From assembly GCA_000092065.1 (NCBI GenBank), contig CP000584.1: a DNA stretch of 64,000 nt; one strand, 5' to 3'. Shown piece by piece: positions 54,356-63,325 of this stretch. The notes beneath the pieces were generated by a model, which did no database searches, was not told where the DNA came from, and was given only the letters and a program-made list of their open reading frames with translations. The DNA comes from Ostreococcus lucimarinus (Eukaryota). Numbering within the stretch: the stretch's first letter is position 1; the number at the start of each line of letters is the position of its first letter. Position numbers and translations under genes: made by a program.

Positions 54356-55813
54356 CTAGCGACCGAATAACGACATTGACGGATTCAAATATGCGTGGTA
54401 AGCGAAATCGGGGTCGAAGACGAATTGTGGAAACCACATCTCCGACGGATCGAGGAGTTTGTGCCAGAAGAGCACAATCCAAGGTCCGACCGAGCCGAGA
54501 ACGACGTTAAGCCAAATCGCGTACTTCATCGGCATCTGCTTCCTCCATCCGAGGGTGGAGATGAAAATGAGCAAAGCCACGGTGAGAGATCCCGTCGTCC
54601 CTTTCACGAGACGCAGATGAAAATCGCTGTCGTTGAAAGCTTGCGACGTGTGCCAAAATTGCTCGGGCCCGAGCAAAGTGTACAACGCCATGTAGCAGTT
54701 ATCAAACACGGCCGCGGCTGCATTCAAGCCGACGTAAGTTAACGTCGCAGCGTCGGGCGACATACGACCGAGACGCTTGCGCGACCCCGACGTCACCTTG
54801 GCCCACAACCCATCCGCGTCGGCGGGCTTGGGCGTCAAAGCCAACACAAATTCAGTGGACTCCCAAAGCTTGGCCAATGAAAAGTACCAATAGGGCATCA
54901 CGGCCCAAAACATCCACTCCGGCGCATCGGGTTGAGCGCTCCACGCGATCCAAACCACGCCTTGGAAAGACGCGACGAACGAGTACCCGAGCTGCATCGC
55001 GTACTTGCCCTCCTTGCTCGCCTTGAAAATATTCATCAGAGGCCCGTACGAAAGCGCGTTGGCCATGAACATCGCGCTCGACACCCACATCCACGTCCAT
55101 CCCGGACTTTCACGATAGATTCGCTCCAACCCAACGGCGTAGAGCGCCATCGCGAGCCCCCCCGCGCCGGTGACGACGTGAATCCAACTCGCGTTCGTTC
55201 TCGACTTGCGCGCGATGGGATTCCCGATCGGTCGCGGAATCACCGACGAGCGCCACAGCGCGTACACCGTCCCCACCGTGAGTAATCCCAAAAATCCATC
55301 CTCGATGATCCCGCCCACGCCCGGCGCGTGGTTCGCGATCAAGCCGCGCGCCGCGCCCGCGAGCGCGTCCCGCGCCGTCGCCGTCGCCGTCGCCGGTCCG
55401 CCGAGCGCCACCACCTCCGCCCCCACCGCGAGCGCGCTCACCGCCAGCACCACCGCCTCTTTATCGCTCTTCCTCGTCGTTTCGCGCGCGCTCGTCGCCG
55501 TCGTCGCCTCCGTCGTCGCCTCCCTCGTCGCCGCGTCGCCGTCCTCGCGCGTCGCCGTCGCCGCCCCCCCCGTCGCCGTCGCCTCCTCCCCCGTCGTCGC
55601 CGCGCGCGCGCCGCGCGTCGCGCCCGTCTCCCGCGCGCCTCTCGCGCGTCCCTCGGCCGCGACTCGCCCCGATCGCGCGCGCGTCGTCCCGCGCGCGTCC
55701 GTCTTGGATTTTATCCACATCGCGCGTCGTCCTCGCGTCGTCGCCGTCGCGCGCGCCGACGCGCCGTCCGCGCGCGACGACGCGCGCGCGACGACGATCG
55801 CGCGCGTCGCCAT
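54356..55813 (-). CDS. Hypothetical multi-pass membrane protein (Trp/aromatic-rich), transit-peptide-like N-terminus
   Basis: The track ORF starts at GTG (56002); the first ATG is 55813 (MATRAIVVARASS). By eye there are at least 8 hydrophobic segments in the C-terminal 330 aa. No family recognised. Confidence 0.55.
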   Translation of the reverse strand: MATRAIVVARASSRADGASARATATTRGRRAMWIKSKTDARGTTRARSGRVAAEGRARGARETGATRGARAATTGEEATATGGAATATREDGDAATREATTEATTATSARETTRKSDKEAVVLAVSALAVGAEVVALGGPATATATARDALAGAARGLIANHAPGVGGIIEDGFLGLLTVGTVYALWRSSVIPRPIGNPIARKSRTNASWIHVVTGAGGLAMALYAVGLERIYRESPGWTWMWVSSAMFMANALSYGPLMNIFKASKEGKYAMQLGYSFVASFQGVVWIAWSAQPDAPEWMFWAVMPYWYFSLAKLWESTEFVLALTPKPADADGLWAKVTSGSRKRLGRMSPDAATLTYVGLNAAAAVFDNCYMALYTLLGPEQFWHTSQAFNDSDFHLRLVKGTTGSLTVALLIFISTLGWRKQMPMKYAIWLNVVLGSVGPWIVLFWHKLLDPSEMWFPQFVFDPDFAYHAYLNPSMSLFGR

Positions 55814-56028
55814 CGCGTCGTCGTCGTCGGACGTCGCGGTGTCGTCGCGTCGCGCCGCGACGGACGACGCGACGTCGCGCGACGACGGCGATGGACGCGG
55901 ATCGAACCCACGCGCACACGGACCACGAGAAAGACCCGAAAAAGACGCGCGCCCTCGCGAGGCGATTGAAGATTGCAGATTGGCGACGCCGGGACGACGC
56001 ACACGCGGGCGCGGGGACGACGCGCGCG

Positions 56029-59000
56029 ATGTCGCCGCGAAACGCGGTCGCCGTCGCGCTGCTGAACGACCCGAACGAATGCGTCGTCGTCGACCTCGAC
56101 GCGCTGCCGACGGACGTCGAGGACGTCGCGAGCGTCCTCCAGGCGGAGCTCGCGCCGCTCGAGGCGTGGATCGAGGTGACGGAGGCGTACCTCAGGCGAG
56201 GCGACGCGCGAGGGTTCGAGACGCTGATGGAGATGGTGTGCGCGCCGGGTGCGTGGACGCGCGCGCCGCGACCGACGGGACGCGACGCGCGCGCGAACGA
56301 ACGAACGAACGAACGAAAGCGCGCGAACGTTTGCGCGATCGAGCGATGATGGATCGACGGGCTCAACGGCGTCGACCGAACGCGGTGACTGACGAGACCG
56401 CGCGCGCGGACGACGATAGAGATCGAGGAGGTGTATAGGGAACAAGCGTACGGACGCGCGGCGGTGCTGTGCCTGTACGCGTCGTATTGGGCGAATAGGG
56501 CGGCGCGGGAGACGGACGCGGTGAGCCGAGAGGAGGGGTTCATCAAGGCGGGCGCGTACTTGAATCAAGCGGCGGGAATTCACAGGAAACCGGAACAGAT
56601 CGTGGCGATCGGACGCGCGCACCTGGCGTTCGCGCGCGGGGCGACGGGAGAGGGCGAGAAACTCATCGACCAGGCGCTCGGGCTCAAGGACGACGGTAGG
56701 GATAACATCACGCCGATGCTGTGGAAGGCGGTTTTATTGTATAAGAAGGAGCGCTACCAAGACGCGTTGACGTGGTACAAACGCGCACTTCGCGCGTTTC
56801 CTTCCGCGCCCGCACCGGTGCGTTTGGGGATCGGGGCGTGCCAATACAAGCTGGGCGACTTCAAGACGGCGAAGCTTGCGTTTGCGCGCGTGCTCAAGTT
56901 GGATGAGCGCAACGTCGAAGCCATGCTCGGTTTGGCGCTGTGCGAATTGAGCTTGCATGACATTCGTAGTCAGCAACACTTGGATTCCGTAGCTGCGGCC
57001 ATGCGCCTGCTCGAGCGCGCTTTCATGCACGACCCTCACAACCAAGCGGTGAACAACGTCATCTCGGACAATTTGCTCATGGCGGATGATTACGAAAAAG
57101 TAGAGAAACTCACGCGACTGGCGCTTCAGAACAACGCGGAGACGCCGAGGAACCGAGCGAAGGCGGCGTTTAACCAAGCGCGCGCCTTGCACGCCCGAGG
57201 ACAGGTGCCTCAAGCGCAAGCGTTGTACTTGACGGCGACGAACCTCGACGAACACTACGTGCCGCCGTACTTTGGTTTGGGTCAAATCGCCCTTGCAAAG
57301 GGTGATGTGAAGTTAGCGTGGAACTACATGGATAAAGCACACGGGGAATTCGGAGAGTCCATGACCGTGACTAGAATGTTTGCCCATTTATGCGCGTCGA
57401 CTGGTAGAAGCGAGCAGGCGGCGGAGATGTTCCGCGAAGTAGTGAAACAGGGTGGAAACGACGTCGACGCGATGTTAGAACTCGGAGAACTCTTAGAGAC
57501 TCAAGATCCGAAGGCTGCGTTGAAGGCTTACAGTGCCGCCCTGAAAATGCTAGCTGCCAAGGGTGAAGAAGGGCCAATTACCGCCATCAAGAACAACATC
57601 GGCGTGTTGAACGTTCAGTTGGGCAAATTCGACGAGGCGCGCGAGGCGTTCACCGAGGCGCTGCAGGCGCTCGGTGGCGATGCCGATCAACTCGAGGGCA
57701 AACTGAAAGGTGCTAAGGCGAAGAAGGCGTTACAGCCAGGCGTTGCGCCCATCGCGTTCAACTTGGCTTTATTAGAGGAACAGCAAGGAAACAACGCCGC
57801 GGCGGAGGCACGATACGACGCCATCCTCGCCGCGCAACCGGATTACATTGATTCCATCTTGCGTCAAGCGAAAATTCGGGCCGAACGGGGCGATTACGAC
57901 ATGGCGCTCGAACGCACGAATGAAGCCATTGCGGCGAAAAGTGATAGTGCCGATGCCCTCGCCCTCGCTGGTTGGGTTTTGCTCAAGGCAAAGCGATGGA
58001 GTGAGGCGGAGCAACAATTCGCCGCGCTGCGCAACTTGCCCAAACCCGACGCCGCGGCGAATGCGAAGGAAAAAACATTGACGCACGACGAGTATGCGAT
58101 GGTAAGCGCGGCGAACGCGGCGTATTACAGCGCTATCAAAGAGGGTGTGCTCAAGCGAAACGATCCCAAGGTGCTCAAGCGCGAGGAGGAGCACTACGAA
58201 CGGGCTTACTCGTTGTTCCAAAAGACGCTCCAGAAGAATGGTTCCAACGTCTACGCCGCTAATGGTCTCGGGATTATTCTTGCTGAGCGAGGGCGAATCG
58301 ACGAAGCCAAGACGGTGTTTCAGATCGTGCAAGAAGGCATGGCTGCGAAAGGCTCAATCAACCCGGATATTCTCATCAACCAAGGTCACGTGTACTTGGC
58401 CAAGGCGCAATATGTGCAGGCGAGCAAGCTTTACGAGCGCGCTCAAAGCCAGTTCTACTTTAACCAGAACGAAAATGTCATGCTTTATCAAGCGAGGGCG
58501 CATTATGAGAATGGCAACTTGGAAGAAGCGCGCAAGATTCTTCGCAAAGCGTTGTTAATCGCGCCCTGGAACCACAGAATTCGATTCAACTTGGCGTACG
58601 TCATTCAAGAGATGGCGCAGCGCACGTTGAACAGAACGATGAAGAGCACGAGCTCGGACGGACGTTTGGCGCAAGTGGAAAGTGCGATAGAAGACTTGAC
58701 CACTGCGCTCAAGCTCTTCGAGCAATTGCAAACGCTTGGGAACCAGGCGGAGTTTGGTTTCGACGCCAAACGCACGAGCGTTCACGTGTCCTTCTGCAAG
58801 CAAGCGCTCACCAAGTCCAAACCGCACTTGGAAGCGGCGCAGAAGGAAGAGGCTTCGATCTCTGCAGCGAAAAACGCGCAACTCACCGCGCGCCGCGCGA
58901 TCGAAGAAGGCCGCGCCGCCCAAAAAGCTGCCGAAGAACTCGCCAAGGAGACGCACGCCAAGGAACTCGAAGCCATCGCTGCGCAGTCTGAGCGTCGCTT

Positions 59001-59379
59001 CAAAGAAAGCCAAGCGCGATGGATGTCAGAACAAGCTGTCGAGCGACCGACGAAGAAAGGTGCCAAGGGTCTCGGTGCGGCTCCTGTCGGTGAGGCCACG
59101 AGCGATCTTTCCGAAGACGATGACGAGCCCGCACCCGAGACGCGCGCGCCGCCCACTGCCGAGGAACTCGCGCGTCAGAAAGAAGCCCTCGCGGCGGCCG
59201 GTTTAGCCGACAGCGACGACGAAGACGAAGACGAAGACGAAGACGCGCAACCGAGCGCCGACGTCGAAGCACCGGCAGAAAAGAAGCGTTCCGCTGACGA
59301 AACTGACGAAGCCCAAGCTGAAGCCGCCGCTCCCAAGCGTCGCCGACGCGCCGTCGTCGACGACGACGACGACGAGTGA
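56029..59379 (+). CDS. CTR9: CTR9 (Paf1 complex TPR subunit), join(56029..56235,56422..59379), 1054 aa
   Basis: Exon 1 (VVVDLDALPTDVEDVASVLQAELAPLEAWIEVTEAYLRRGD) matches the CTR9 N-terminus (EVIEIDLDQLP..ILK.E...L.IW..LA.EYY..G). It is followed by about 16 TPR units and an acidic/basic tail, as in CTR9. Confidence 0.85.
56236..56421 (+). other. Spliceosomal intron (CTR9, 186 nt)
   Basis: ACTGAC at 56388..56393 and a GAG acceptor ending at 56421. The only phase-compatible donor is GTGTGC at 56236, which is off-consensus. The intron contains (GAAC)4. Confidence 0.6.
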
Positions 59380-59506
59380 TCGCGTCTTCTCCGTTCGACA
59401 CGTTCACACCGCGCGCTCGCGCGCACCGCGCTCGCAACGCGCGCTTAGTATATCATCAATACATCGTATCACACCACCCAACCCGACCACTCGACGTCTG
59501 CGCCCT

Positions 59507-59560
59507 CTCAAAATTCAAATCCTTGGCGCGGCTGTTTGAATTCCAAATTCAAACCGGCGC
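59507..59560 (+). promoter_or_regulatory. Motif cluster upstream of the claspin-like gene: AAATTCAAA x2, inverted TTTGAATT, and GC cores TTGGCGCG / CCGGCGCC
   Basis: Direct reading: ctcaaaattcaaatccttggcgcggctgtttgaattccaaattcaaaccggcgcc, 64-117 nt upstream of ATG 59624. TTGGCGCG resembles an E2F site (TTTSSCGC). Confidence 0.35.
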
Positions 59561-59623
59561 CCGCACACGCACGCGCGCGCGGCGCGCGGGCGAGCGTTGA
59601 CGACGACGATCGCAACGACGACG

Positions 59624-61822
59624 ATGACGACCGTGGACGCATCGATGCCCGCCGCGATGCCGAGCGGCGCCGCGACGACCACGGAAACGATCGACGTTCC
59701 GGACGTTGGCGCGGTCGACGACGACGCGCGACGACGCGCGACGACGCGCGACGAGAGCGCGAGCGAGGACGAAGATGAGGAATATCTCGGACGGATCCGT
59801 CGACGCGCGCGCACGCGCGAGGATGAGAGCGAGAGCGAGGAGGACACGCGAGAGGGCGACGGGTCAGAGGACGGCGAAGGCGAGGCGCCGCGAGGGAAAG
59901 GCGAAGGACGACGACGACGATTGAAACGCGCGAATGGTGAACGCGTCGAACGAGACGTTGATGGAAGTGACTCGAGCGATTCGAGCGAGAGCGAATTGGA
60001 TGAGGAGATGATGATGGAACGTAAGTACGCCGAGACGGGGCGGTTGACGGATGAAGACGTCGAGGACGAGGCAGAGGAGACCGTTCGTGGAGCGTATGAC
60101 GAAGTGGGTGTGGGATATTCGTCCGATTCGTCGCTTGGATCACCCGTAGCGGGCGATGATGTGCCGGCGAGCGGTAGTCGGCCGAGGAAAATGACGAAGA
60201 AGCAGATGAAGAAGGAACGAGACGCGTTGGCCAAGGAACAGGAACGCATGATGAAACGAGCGCAAAGACGGGCGAAATTCCCGGGCTGGGACGCCGAAGT
60301 GGTGCGCGTGTCTTATTTACCGTTGATTGACAAGCTTCGCGCTGCGGTGGCGCACATCAAGCACGACGGACTAGTTATGGGAGAAGACTCGCCGGCAAAA
60401 GAGGCCGACAAAGCCACAAAGGCGGACACGCCCACCGTCGCCCCGCTTGCAGACTCCGAAGATGACGAAGCGGACGACGGTGAACCTAAAGCAAAGACAG
60501 CCGAAGTCGTAGAAATCGATCTCGATGACGACGAAGAAGAAGATGACGATGCATTACTCAAGGAAATCTTGGCAAAGAAAGCAGTCGCGGTGGCGCAAAA
60601 GCCATCCGAAACGGTGATGACTGAGGAACCAACGCTTGTCGAACAAGAGGACGGAGAGGACGCGGATGACGAGTCCGAAGAAGACAGCGAAGATGATTTA
60701 TCCGAGGAGGAAGATATGACGGAAGAAGAGCGTCGAATGCAGCGTAAGGCGGCGAAGAGATTCATCAAGGCGGATAGAAGATCGCACAGAGCCGCCGCCA
60801 CCACGGGCGACGTCTTTGAAGATGAAGCGGAGATGTCCGAAGATGGTGGGCACACCGACGACGATGATGATGATGATATTCAGGATGACGTTGACGATGT
60901 CGCCGACGCTATCGATTTCCGCGAAGAACAGCCCGAAGACGAGCGCCGTGCCGCGGCTCGTGCGCGCGCCTTCGCAAAGGAGCAGCAAGCCCAAGACGAC
61001 GACGAGCTCGAAAAGATGAAGCAGATGGTTGGTAACGGTTTCAAACGCAAAAAGAATGGTCTGTTCGACTCTGAAGACGCGTGGCAGCGTAAGAGACGCA
61101 ATGCTAACGGCGAAGAGGAATCTGATTCGGATGACGTCGACTATGGTCCCGTCATCGAGCGTCCCGAAGAGGCCGTCGAATTATCGGACGACGACGACGG
61201 TGAGTGGCGCGAACAAGCCAAGCGTCGTCGTGCCCTGCACGAATCCGGTACACAAGAGTCTCTTGAGCTACCAAATGCGTTCGAAGGTAACGTCAGTCAA
61301 GAAGTCTACGCCGCCATCAAGGCTCCTCGCATGAATTCGTTCCACAGCGAGTCGCAAGACACCACGCAAGCGGAAGGATGGGAAGCCCCGCTCCCTCGAG
61401 CGCAATCTATGCCCGCGGCTTTGGTCCGTACGTCGAGCCATCTCGGCAGCGGAAGTTCTGCAATGCTTGCCCGTCAATCATCGAAAACGTTCTTGGGTAA
61501 GAAACGACAAGTCACCAAGGCGACTGGCGCGCTGCTCGGCAACAGCCAGGCTTCACGCTCATACGTCTTCGGCCGAACGGATAGCCAAAGTCAATGGGGA
61601 GGCGACGATTCGGGTCCCGCGACCACGTTCAAGGAAATCGGTCGCGATGAAGATGCGCGCGCTTTCGGTTCGACGAACATGGGACCAACGAGACCGAACG
61701 CGTCCGAACCGAAGAAGAAGCCATCCTTATTCGCGATGGTGAGCCAGACCGCGGGCGAGAACAACGCCCGCCCTCGAGCGGAGGACGTTCAAAAAGCGAT
61801 GAAGGCAGCGTCGGGGAAATGA
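59624..61822 (+). CDS. Claspin / Mrc1-like replication-checkpoint mediator (acidic, 732 aa)
   Basis: The acidic core DVFEDEAEMSEDGG...DDELEKMKQMVGNGFKRKKNGLFDSED resembles the MRC1-like domain pattern (F.EeEAEeSeDE ... dl.kll.di.tG.lRrkrg). The rest is D/E/S/K low complexity. The first ATG is 59624 (the track start is TTG). Confidence 0.5.
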   Translation: MTTVDASMPAAMPSGAATTTETIDVPDVGAVDDDARRRATTRDESASEDEDEEYLGRIRRRARTREDESESEEDTREGDGSEDGEGEAPRGKGEGRRRRLKRANGERVERDVDGSDSSDSSESELDEEMMMERKYAETGRLTDEDVEDEAEETVRGAYDEVGVGYSSDSSLGSPVAGDDVPASGSRPRKMTKKQMKKERDALAKEQERMMKRAQRRAKFPGWDAEVVRVSYLPLIDKLRAAVAHIKHDGLVMGEDSPAKEADKATKADTPTVAPLADSEDDEADDGEPKAKTAEVVEIDLDDDEEEDDDALLKEILAKKAVAVAQKPSETVMTEEPTLVEQEDGEDADDESEEDSEDDLSEEEDMTEEERRMQRKAAKRFIKADRRSHRAAATTGDVFEDEAEMSEDGGHTDDDDDDDIQDDVDDVADAIDFREEQPEDERRAAARARAFAKEQQAQDDDELEKMKQMVGNGFKRKKNGLFDSEDAWQRKRRNANGEEESDSDDVDYGPVIERPEEAVELSDDDDGEWREQAKRRRALHESGTQESLELPNAFEGNVSQEVYAAIKAPRMNSFHSESQDTTQAEGWEAPLPRAQSMPAALVRTSSHLGSGSSAMLARQSSKTFLGKKRQVTKATGALLGNSQASRSYVFGRTDSQSQWGGDDSGPATTFKEIGRDEDARAFGSTNMGPTRPNASEPKKKPSLFAMVSQTAGENNARPRAEDVQKAMKAASGK

Positions 61823-61826
61823 TTTA

Positions 61827-61831
61827 TGTAA
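61827..61831 (+). terminator. Candidate TGTAA poly(A) signal
   Basis: It lies 5 nt after the stop at 61820..61822. Confidence 0.3.
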
Positions 61832-62014
61832 CGAAGATAAGCGCACGATGATTTGAATAAGGTGATTTTTACTGCAAACATTCACTCTAAACACACCTCA
61901 TCTCACTAATGCAAAGAGCGCGACGCGCTCTTCCGCTCCTATCGCCACGAGTTTCTCGACACACCTAACTGATTGAACACGTAACCGAGTCGTATTGATT
62001 GAATACCTTCCCGT

Positions 62015-63205
62015 TTACATCTCCATTTCCTTACCAACGTACGGCTTGGCCATGTCTTCGTCATCCTTCGGGGTGTGGATGACGACGGTGTCCGGAATCG
62101 GCGTCGACGGACCGTTGCGGCCCTTCGGATCGTGGTCGAGCATAATCTTCACGCGCATACCGATGGTACCCTGGCGAAGCAAGGCGTGGCGAGTGCACGA
62201 AACGATGTATTCGCGCACCGGGTTACCGGAAGAAATCATGTAACCGTCCTTGAACTTCATCGCCTTGGCGCGTTGGCCGCGAAGCTTACCAGAGACGACG
62301 ACCTCCGCACCCTTGGCGCCAGCCTCCATGATGTATCGAAGCACGCCGTAGCACGCACTGCGCACGCAAAAAAAATGTCAATCGTCAGTCACGCGTTCGT
62401 CTACGTCGACCACATCATCTCGCGTTCGCGTCGCGCGCGCCAAAGCCCTCTCGTTTTGCCGCGTCGTCGCGTTTGAAAACCTCTCAAAGCCCTAACACGT
62501 GCGCCCATCGCACGCGCTCGGACGCCTCGTCCGTCGCTTCTGCGTCCGCGTCGCGCGTCGACGCGGACGACTAAAATTAACGCGCGACCACTCTTTGCGA
62601 TCGATCGAAGAACACACGCACCGTCGAACGGCGAGACCGCCGAGAAGCTTGTATCGCAAAGACTCGCACTGCGCGATGGCGCACAACCCGCGGTTGTTCA
62701 CCCGTTCCGCGTACAGCTCCACCGAACCTTCCGCCATCTGGAACCTGCGCTGCACGAGCGTGGTCAACTCACGAATGCGTCGACCCTTTTCGCCGAGCAC
62801 GTTCGCCGTGCGCGTGGCGCGGATGATGATTTCCGTGCGCATTGGGGTCTGTCGGACTTCCACGCCCGAGTACCCATCCTCGGCGAGCTCGCGGACGAGC
62901 ATTTCGTTGAGCTCGGCGAAGAAGACGCCGTCGGCGACGAACTGCGAGTCGATGTCGACGAACGACGTAATGTTAGTCTTCGTTCGCGTGCGTCCGCGCT
63001 CGCGATCGACGGCGTCCGCGCGCGCGCGCGTCGACTCGCGATCGATCGATCGCGACGGTGACCCTAAGCGCGACGCCGGAGCGGCATCGCGCGTTGCGGC
63101 GCCGCGCGACGCGCGACGCGAGTCACGGCGCGCGCTCGGGCGCAACGATAGATCCGCGCGCGTTCGACGCACCTTGCGCTTCTTGCTTATAGCGGTGGCC
63201 ACCAT
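62015..63205 (-). CDS. RPS3: 40S ribosomal protein S3 (uS3), complement(join(62015..62357,62622..62941,63173..63205)), 231 aa
   Basis: The spliced product [11 protein letters not shown]|[67 protein letters not shown]...[13 protein letters not shown]|[35 protein letters not shown].. is collinear with human RPS3 throughout. The total of 696 nt is divisible by 3. Confidence 0.97.
62358..62621 (-). other. Spliceosomal intron (RPS3 intron 2, 264 nt)
   Basis: On the minus strand: GTGCGT donor at 62621, ACTGAC at 62389..62384, a T8 tract, CAG acceptor at 62360..62358. It is phase 2 (CG|T gives Arg). Confidence 0.9.
62942..63172 (-). other. Spliceosomal intron (RPS3 intron 1, 231 nt)
   Basis: On the minus strand: GTGCGT donor at 63172, ACTAAC at 62977..62972, CAG acceptor at 62944..62942, phase 0. 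Confidence 0.9.
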
Positions 63206-63325
63206 GGTGTCGACGTGCGAGGCGCGGAAAGACGGAGCGAGGGCGACGCGCGGGCGCGACGGGGCGGACTCGGATTTCTTGGCCCCACGGGAGTGAGATT
63301 TCTGACATCGGACGCCGCGCGCGCG

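Noticed and set aside
62361-62430. Intron-hosted box C/D snoRNA in RPS3 intron 2 (GAGATGATGTGG ... ACTGAC).
   Set aside because: The box-C-like and CTGA strings are only about 30 nt apart. The CTGA is the branch-point box, and no terminal stem is evident. The box-like strings in the helicase intron likewise do not form a credible snoRNA.
853-63172. Introner elements or other repeated intron sequences, as described for one Micromonas genome.
   Set aside because: By eye, the 12 introns share only the splice signals (GTRCGY, ACTGAC, YAG). I found no extended similarity between any pair. A genome-wide alignment would be needed to exclude it formally.
62358-63172. Telo-box-like CCCTAA hexamers in both RPS3 introns (62496..62501 and 63063..63068) as ribosomal-protein cis-elements.
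   Set aside because: I found the hexamer or its complement about seven times across the window, including in coding sequence. That is no more than base composition predicts, so there is no support for a specific element.
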